Source of the DNA: Camelus dromedarius
Taxonomy: Eukaryota
Reading direction: 5' to 3'
DNA length: 64,000 nucleotides
NCBI RefSeq assembly: GCF_036321535.1
Contig: NC_087440.1
Span: 32,178,001 to 32,242,000, forward strand
Made by a program: the position numbers and the translations under genes. Positions 56,685 to 64,000 of this stretch are shown piece by piece. Each line of letters opens with the position of its first letter. Positions within the stretch are counted from its first letter, which is position 1. The notes below the pieces were generated by a model, which was given only the letters and a program-made list of their open reading frames with translations, had not been told where the DNA came from and did no database searches.

Positions 56685-59600
56685 ATGTTCTACTATCCCA
56701 ACGTGCTCCAGCGCCACACCGGCTGCTTCGCCACCATCTGGTAAGGGCTGGCCGGGCCAGGGTGGGCAAGCCAGGAGGGACACCCAGGGATCCCAGCTGA
56801 AGGGCTCCCCTCTCCATCCTCACCCCACTTCCTCCCTCCAGGCTGGCAGCCACGCGCGGCAGCCGGTTGGTGAAGCGTGAATACCTGAAGGTGAATGTGG
56901 TGAAGACCTGGTAAGGCCCAGGGAAGGGAGGAGCGGCCTGGGGCCAGGGTGGGTCAGGGGATGGACTGGGCCGGGCCGGGCTGGGCTGTGGGGCTGGTCC
57001 TTGACGCAGTGGGTGATCAGGGCGTGCTGTTTCCCCAGCGAGGAAATCCTCAATTATGTGCTGGTACGCGTGGAGCCCCCGCTGCCCAGTCTGCCGAGGC
57101 CCCGCTTCTCCCTCTATCTGTCAGCCCAACTCCAAATCGGCATCATCCGGGTCTACTTTCAACAATGCCAGTACCTCGTAGGTAAGGCTGGGAAGGCTTC
57201 GAGGCAGGGCAGAGCGGAGGGTCCCTGGCCTGGGCTGGCGCTCTACCTTACCCTCCCTGCCCGCAGAGGACATCCAGCACATCCTGGAGCGCCTGCACCG
57301 GGCCCAGCTGCAGATTCGCATTGATATGGTGGAGACTGAACTGTGAGTATCCTCTGGGGACTGGAACCACCAGCCTTTGGCAGGGAGCCTTCCTGCTTGA
57401 CCTCAGCCCATCTTGGCCTCAGTACTTGATAGCTCACATTCTCCCTCAGACCCAGCCTGCTGCTTCCTAACCACCTGGCCATGATGGAGACTCTGGAAGA
57501 AGCTCCAGACCCTTTTTTTGGGATGATGTCTGTGGATCCCAGACTCCCCAGTCCCTTCAATATCCCTCAGGTAGGTCTCATCCCCTGGGACACCTGATGA
57601 GTGGACACTGCAGAGGGGTGTGCTGTTCCTGTGCCAGTTGTTCAGGGAAGGGCGGGAACCTGCTACAGCTCTGCCCCATAGGAGTTGGCGCAGGGCGACT
57701 GTCATGGGGGACCCATCCAGACAAGCCTGCTGCACTTCCCTATTCAGGACCAACCTAGAGGCAGCTCTTGTCGCCACTCTTCTCCATGCTATTCCCACAG
57801 TTGAAGCCTTAATCCAGACCCTGGTGTCTCTCAGCACCAGGTTTCCTTACCCATGTTCTTGTCCATCCATTTCTAATACCACTACAGCTTAGACAGTGTT
57901 ACCCCCTTTCTTCAAAGACGTTGCCAGTGGTTCCTCACTGCAAACAAAATACTAACATTTAAGGCTCTCCGTGTCCTGGCCCAGAGGGAGCCATCCCTAG
58001 ACATCCTCTCAGCGCATCCCCTGGGCATCTTTGGCTCCCAAACACCAGTCTGGCCCCTATGTCCCAAAGATACCACATTTACTTTTCTGTTTGAGCTATT
58101 TCCCTAGCCCTTAATGATCACTCCTCATTCTTTTACAGACTTCACTCAAATGCTACCCTTTCCCATGAAGCCTTTATCCCACTCTTAGCCAGAATCAAAT
58201 GTTGTTCTGGAACTGAGCACATCACTTGGGTCATGTTTTATCCTTAGTGTTGACTCTGGCTGGGGTCATATACTATTCGTCTCCCCACTAGACCATACAC
58301 TCCTTAACATCAAGAACATTTCCTGTTCCCTCTGTCCCCCACAACACCTGACATAAGGATGTAGTACTTCTTTCACAGACAAGTTGACACAGACTAGATA
58401 ATTGGGTGGGGGCAGGAAAAGGAGGAAAGGAAACCAGATAGTGAGTGGGTTCACTGCATACTAGTGTCAGTGCCACAGAATCGGGCATTTAGGGGTATCA
58501 CTGTCCACTGTCTGACTAGGGCTATGAAAGCGGGGAATTCGGGGGCTGAAGCTGAACCCTATCTCTTGTCCCCAATCCCTTCCCAAAGATTCGACACCTC
58601 TTAGAGGCTGTGACCCCAGAGAGAGTTCTTGAGGAGATTCCTCCTGAAGTCCCTACAGAGCCCAGGAAGCCAGGTGAGCAGAGAGAGACATCCTTCTGGT
58701 GAGAGGCAAAGAGCCAAGAGCTATAGAAATAACTCCCTTTGAGCTTCTCTCAGGAGCCAGGCCGTGTGTGTATAACTGCATAACTGTCTCACATGAGTCC
58801 TGTGCAACTGGAGTCCTTCCCATTTTACAGATGAGGAAAGTGCAGCCCATAGTGGTTAAGCAATGTATCCTGGGTCAGCTTGCCAGGGTCTGACTAAGAA
58901 CCTAGATTGAGCTGACTCCAGAGTCCATGCTTTCGCCTTACCACATGGGTATGGGAACTCAGAAAGAAGCAGAGGGGCTGGTGTGACTTCCCTGCCCCTG
59001 CAGACAGGATTCCGGTCACTGTGGTGTCTCCTGAAGCCATCACGATCCTGGAGGAGGAACCCATACGTATGCTGCAAATCGAGGTGAGCTGTCCCCCTGC
59101 AGAGACCAAGGCCCAGGTCTTGCTTCTGGTGGCCTAGCCCCCTGCATCCACTTCTCTCTGCCCCCGGAGTCCTGCCTTCTCTACCTCCATTCCCCCACCC
59201 CTGCCCCTGGCCCCAAGCACCCCTGGGCTCCCTTGGCCCAGCCCGGCCTTGTGGCATGTGCCTCTCAAACAGAAGTGGAATTGAGCCCCTTCTCCTTTTT
59301 CTTCCTCTTCTGACAGGGTGAAAAAGACCTCCCAGAGATCAGCCGCCGAGACTTGGACCTGCTGATTGCTGAGGAAGACGAAGCCATCTTGTTAGAGGAA
59401 CGTCGTCGGCTGGGTAGGCCTGTCCGGGAAGGTAGGGCCTACCCAGCGCTGGATGGTCAGGCCTCCGCACAGGCAGTCTGGGCCTGGGCCATGCTCCCAT
59501 CTCTTCTCTTCTGTGTTCTGAGCCCTGATCCTCTCTCTGCAGAGGCCAAGGAGGAGCTCCGGGCCCCAGAGGAGGAGATCGCAGTTCCCCCACCCTCACC

Positions 59601-62204
59601 TCTAGCTCTCGCAGAGTAAGGGCAGGAACCCCCAGACCAGGTACGGGTCACTGCTGGGAGGGGGAGTGTCTTCATTTTGCTTGCCCACTTCCCCTCAGGG
59701 TACTTCCAGGCCGGGTCCCGGTCCCCGAGGAGCCGAAGCTGCCAGTCTGGGAGCCCAGGGCCCCACTTCCTGGTGAGTATCCGCTATGCCTGGGTCCTTC
59801 CTGGGGGTCCAACTTGCTGAAGAAAGGACCCTCTAGCTTCTTGACTGGGTGGCTTTGAGAGTAAAGGCTGCGGGGCAGAGCCAGGACCTTGAGTGTTGTT
59901 GCAGAGGTGACCCCCCCGCTGGAGCTGCGTCTGCCAGCCCCACCAAGCCCAGAGGTGAGTACCCTTCCAAGCTGCCTTCTCTTGGCCCTCCCCTCCCAGA
60001 GCTGCTCACCGATTTTTAGTTTCCCTAAGCCCAAGGCCACCACTAGCTTCCACAGGCCTTTATGCCAATGAGCAAAAGGTGCCCCTGCCCATGCCCCATT
60101 CTATCCAGCTTGCACTTCCCAGATGGACACCTCATTCAGGGCGGGAGCTGCACCCGCTCCCGGAGGCCCCACCCAAGCCCTCTCCCAGGGCACCTCTAGG
60201 GGCGGGAGTGTGGGGCCTGTTTGCAGTCCACAAGAACGACAGGAAAAGGAGTAAAGGGTAGCCTTGCCCCTGCCTCCCCTCCTCATTCAGCGGAGGAGGC
60301 CCCCAGGCCCCCCACCTCCAGGGGCCCCACCTGCTCGCCGCCGCCGCCGCCAGCTGTTATTCTGGGACAAGGAGACCCAGATCTCCCGGGAGAAATTCCA
60401 GGAACAACTGCAAACCAGAGCCCACTGCTGGGAGTGTGTGAGTGTAGCCCAGGCTCAGGGGGGACAGAGGGAGGCAGGTGCACGCTGGGCCTTCTAAAGT
60501 CTCCAAAGTGCACATGGTGGGGGTTTGCCCACACACCACTTTGTGACCCTGCCTGTCACATCCAAGGGACCGGCTGAGTCGTCCCTTTAGCAATAAGCAG
60601 AGTGGGCAAGGACAGGAGCCTGAGAATTGGAAGGCCAAAGGCCTTGGAACAAGACTTTGCAGGTGAGGAAGGGGCAATGGCTCCTTCCTAACTGGGCTTC
60701 CGGCCTTCCCCACCACGTAGCCGAAGGTGCAGCCTCCTGAGAGGATGATCACAAGCCCTGCCGAGCTGTTCCGAACCCCGACTCACCGTGAGGAGTGGTG
60801 GGAGCTGGTGTGTGGGATCCTCTGAACCCATGTTCCTCGCTGTTGGTGTTCCTCACGCCTCAAACCCTCTCCCTGCTGCCTGCTACCCTCAGCTGCCCCG
60901 CTGCCCCCAGAGCTGCTGGCTTTCTGGACCCACTCTGCCCAGCCACCCCCGACAGCACTCAGGCGAAGGCCGCCCAAGGAGGCCGAAGAGGAGGCCGCAG
61001 CCGAGGAGGAAAGGAGAAAGGCTGAAACTCCAAGTGATATTGAGGTAACTGTATCTTCACTCCTTCCCGAAAAGACCATCTGCTCTGCCCAGCTCCAGGG
61101 CTGCTGCTTCTTTCCACGCGAGCACCAGGACTGAGCAGGGCTGCTCGAACCCCGCCCCCCATGCTCATGGAAGCTTGGGGTCTTAGTTCTCTTTCTTTCA
61201 TCCCCAGGCCCTGAGGGAGGCCCTGGAGCCCAGTGGGCCCCTCATGGTGTCAGGTAAGCACCTGGAAAAGGGATGGTGGAGGCCAGCACAATCCCAGGGA
61301 ACCGGTCCCCAACTGCTAACAGCTCTCATCAAAGCGTTTTAACACGAGAGCACACACTGAGTGTCTTCAGTAACCCCCACCAACCCATCCCCTGCCCCCG
61401 GTACTTTTAACGAGTCACTGCACAGCTCTGGCACCCAGTTTGACCAGGTGGCCCCTAGGGCCTGACTGCCTAGATGCAGACAAACCCGCTCAGGACCTCC
61501 CTCTCCCCTCGGACAGAGATCTCCCTAGAAGCGGCTGAGGAGGAGAGGGCCCGCGTCAGCCTCGTCCCCCCAGAAGAGCGGTGGTAAGCAGGACCTGGCC
61601 CGCGAGCCTGGCCAGGTTGGGGAGGTGGCTGAAGGGGTGGGCCCTCATCACCCTCACAGCCGCCCTTGCCCTGCTGTACCTCACTGCCATGCCCTAGGGC
61701 CTGGGCTGAGGTGGAGCAGCCGGAGCCCCCTGTGTTGCCTGTGGTGCCTGAACTCCCCGAGGTGCCTGTGGAGATGCCTGTGCCGCTGCCACTGGAGCCT
61801 GAGCTGCTCTCGCTGGAGGCCGTGCACAGGTACCAGGGAGGGTGGGCCGCAGTGGGTGGCCTGGGCCGGAGCCTCGGCCAATGGTCCTTGATCTCCACAG
61901 GGCAGTAGCACTGGAGCTGCAGGCCAACAGAGAGCCTGACTTCAGCAGCCTGGTGCCGCCTCTCAGTCCCCGCAGGATGGCTGCCCGAGTCTTCTACATG
62001 CTGCTGGGTGAGCTGGGCTCGTGTGCCCATGCGGGGCTGGGGAGCGGACACACTGGCCAGAGACTGCCACAGGGACTCCCTCTCACCAGCCTTCTCCTCC
62101 CCTCTTCACCAGTGCTTGCCGCACAGGAGATCCTTCGTGTGAAACAAGAGAAGCCATACGGGCGCCTCCTGATCCAGCCGGGGCCCCGATTCCACAGCGG
62201 TTAG
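56685..62204 (+). CDS. REC8: Meiotic cohesin kleisin REC8, about 591 aa, 19 coding exons
   Basis: Exons 56685-56740, 56842-56910, 57039-57181, 57267-57342, 57450-57570, 58589-58673, 59004-59083, 59317-59455 (donor ambiguous), 59543-59615, 59699-59772, 59905-59954, 60291-60437, 60721-60787, 60893-61044, 61208-61253, 61517-61583, 61698-61829, 61901-62007, 62113-62204; 1776 nt. N-terminal Rad21/Rec8 domain (MFYYPNVLQRHTGCFATIWLAAT), C-terminal winged helix (AARVFYMLL...QEKPYGRLLIQPGPRF). Probable 5' UTR intron 56413-56603. AATAAA at 62333-62338. Confidence 0.95.
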
Positions 62205-62332
62205 AGCTCATTTACAAAGCGGTCAGGAAACTGACTGCGTAAAACTAGGTCCTGCCTCACTAGGCCCTGCCTGCCTCATTATGAACAGGCATCTCTGTCC
62301 TTCCTGTTCTCAGAGCTACTGTTCAAGCAGAA

Positions 62333-62349
62333 AATAAACTGCCTTTATT
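62333..62349. terminator. Back-to-back polyadenylation signals of convergent REC8 (+) and IPO4 (-)
   Basis: AATAAA-CTGCC-TTTATT read directly in the sequence. Confidence 0.85.
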
Positions 62350-62525
62350 ACAGCCTGGTGTCATGACACTGTATTGTCCCACAGCACAAGGCAGCGAGTA
62401 GGGCTGAGACTCCAAGTGGGTATGAGGCCCAGGCTCAGAATCTTTGTTAAGGCATAAGCTGGAGCTGGGCTGAGAGCTGGGCCTGGGTGGGCTCTGTCCT
62501 CTCTGGCCCAGCTGCACCCCGTAGT

Positions 62526-64000
62526 CTAGGTGAGGCCCAGGACGGCCTGGAGCTCCTGGGCCTTGTCGCCAGGCAGGGAACCCAGTGCCGAATGGAAGCT
62601 GTCGGTGTGCTGTTTGGCCAAGAACGTCAGGAGAAGCAGCAGTGCCGCCTTGGTGTCTGGGTGGAGAGTGAAGAGGGAGAAACCTGGGGAGGGCTGGCCC
62701 CCAACTCCTAGCTGCCCCAGGCCCTCTGAAGCCCTGCTCCTCTGCTCTCCCCACAACCCTCCCACGACTGCCACCCTTACCTGGTGGGATCTTGTTCTTG
62801 GCCAGAATGAGGCTGTAAATGCGCAGGAGCTCGGGAGCCACATCTACAACCTGTGGGAAAAGGGCCAGCTCAGGGGCAGAAGCACTGCTGGGCCCCAGCA
62901 CTGGGGTAGGTGGTAGGAGCCCAGGAGAGGCGGTCTCCCAGTGGGGCCATCTGAGCTTAATACTGATTCAGACATCCTAAACTGTGAAACATGAGAAGGA
63001 CCCATGAAATGGAGTGGAAATAGTCCTTTTTTCTTTCCTTTTTTTTGAGAGGGTGGGATTGTGACCAAAGACACCTGAAATCCTGGCCTCAAGACCAAAA
63101 GAAGCCCACACACCCAGGAGCTCCACCAACACAGTAGTTTCCAAAGGTGCAAGACAGAGGTAATGGAAACAGGAACACTGGAGCATGAGTCCAAAGCTAG
63201 TCACTTGGTGCAGACAAATCTCATTCAGAAAGCAGAGCTGCTCTGATTCAAATAGATGGTGGGGTGGCCAGAGTCCACAGGCTCCATGGAGCACAATCTG
63301 AAAGAGTCCTGATCTAAGCAATCAGCCCAGGAAAGCTGTGACTTCTGGCTCAGATCAGAGAGTGGAAATGGCCAGGGAAGACAGCCTCTCAGAGGAAAAA
63401 TGCTACGTGTCGAGAGGAAGCCCCTCCTCTCCCATTACAGGCCTGGCTACCAAGCCTTGCAGACCAATGAGAAAGCAAAGAGCAGCTTTAACCGATGCCA
63501 ACTCTGCCTGTCCTTGAGACTGGAGCATCAAGCTTCCCTCCAAGGGCCCCAGCATTGGCGTTACCTGGTCAGGGCTGCTCTGGTACAGGAAGCTGAAGAG
63601 GTGCCCTATGGTGACCCACTCCTCCAAGTCCTCCTTCAGTGGCAGGGCGTGCAATAGGGCAGCCAGCACCTGGACGCAGACATGACTTTGGCCCCTAGCC
63701 ATGCGCATTTCACACCCTCCTCGGGTTCCCGACCCTGCCTGATGCCCCGACCCCTCACCTGGGGCTCTGGTTTCCTTGTGGGACTGGCCATCAGCAGGCG
63801 GGCGAGTGCCCCACAGATGTTGTCACGGACACGATCGTGGCGCTCCCGCGCCAGGAGGGGCAGCAGGAGCCCCAGCAGCTTGGGGAAGTGTCTGGTCCCC
63901 AGTCAAGGAACAGGCACATGGAAAGAACTTTCCCATCCCAAGTCCCAGGGACACCCACCCTACCCAACCCCGGCTCCTTCCTGCAAGCTGAGGATACTCC
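62526..64000 (-). CDS. IPO4: Importin 4, last four exons (partial; gene continues beyond window)
   Basis: Minus-strand exons 63891-63759 (HFPKLLGLL...VRDNICGALARLLMAS...EPQ), 63669-63565 (VLAALLHALPLKEDLEEW...), 62850-62781, 62656-62526 (DTKAALLLLLTFLAKQHTDSF...VLGLT*). 64000-63998 is probably the tail of the previous exon, followed by donor GTATCC. Minus-strand AATAAA at 62344-62349. Confidence 0.96.

Noticed and set aside
1-64000. A novel multi-gene or prokaryote-type system (CRISPR, defence island, phage, operon)
   Set aside because: All convincing coding sequence resolves into spliced orthologs of ten known mammalian genes in the known order. I saw no repeat-spacer arrays, rRNA or long intronless novel ORFs.

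Overview
Gene-dense mammalian genomic DNA, not prokaryotic or viral. It is almost certainly a camelid draft assembly: several Vic-1-like tRNA-derived SINEs are present, plus four short N gaps. The window is the conserved cluster orthologous to human 14q11.2-q12: PCK2 (3' part, +), DCAF11 (+), FITM1 (+), PSME1 (+), EMC9 (-), PSME2 (-), RNF31/HOIP (+), IRF9 (+), REC8 (+) and IPO4 (3' part, -). I rebuilt the exon chains by hand from splice sites and reading phase. They give 546 aa (DCAF11), 292 (FITM1), 249 (PSME1), 239 (PSME2), 1072 (RNF31), 414 (IRF9) and 591 (REC8). EMC9 gives 206 aa if one 70-nt exon lies in an assembly gap. Ortholog comparisons are from memory, not from a search. I found no new multi-gene system. 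The most unusual items are: (1) a degenerate telomeric (CCCTAA)n tract with an A tail inserted into an L1 3' end upstream of REC8; (2) three in-frame REC8 donors next to a putative separase ExxR site in a segment human REC8 lacks; (3) back-to-back poly(A) signals 5 nt apart shared by REC8 and IPO4; (4) a GC-versus-GT donor choice in PSME1; (5) a C-terminally extended IRF9; (6) a solo ERV1 LTR; (7) interferon and NF-kB cis-elements across the cluster.
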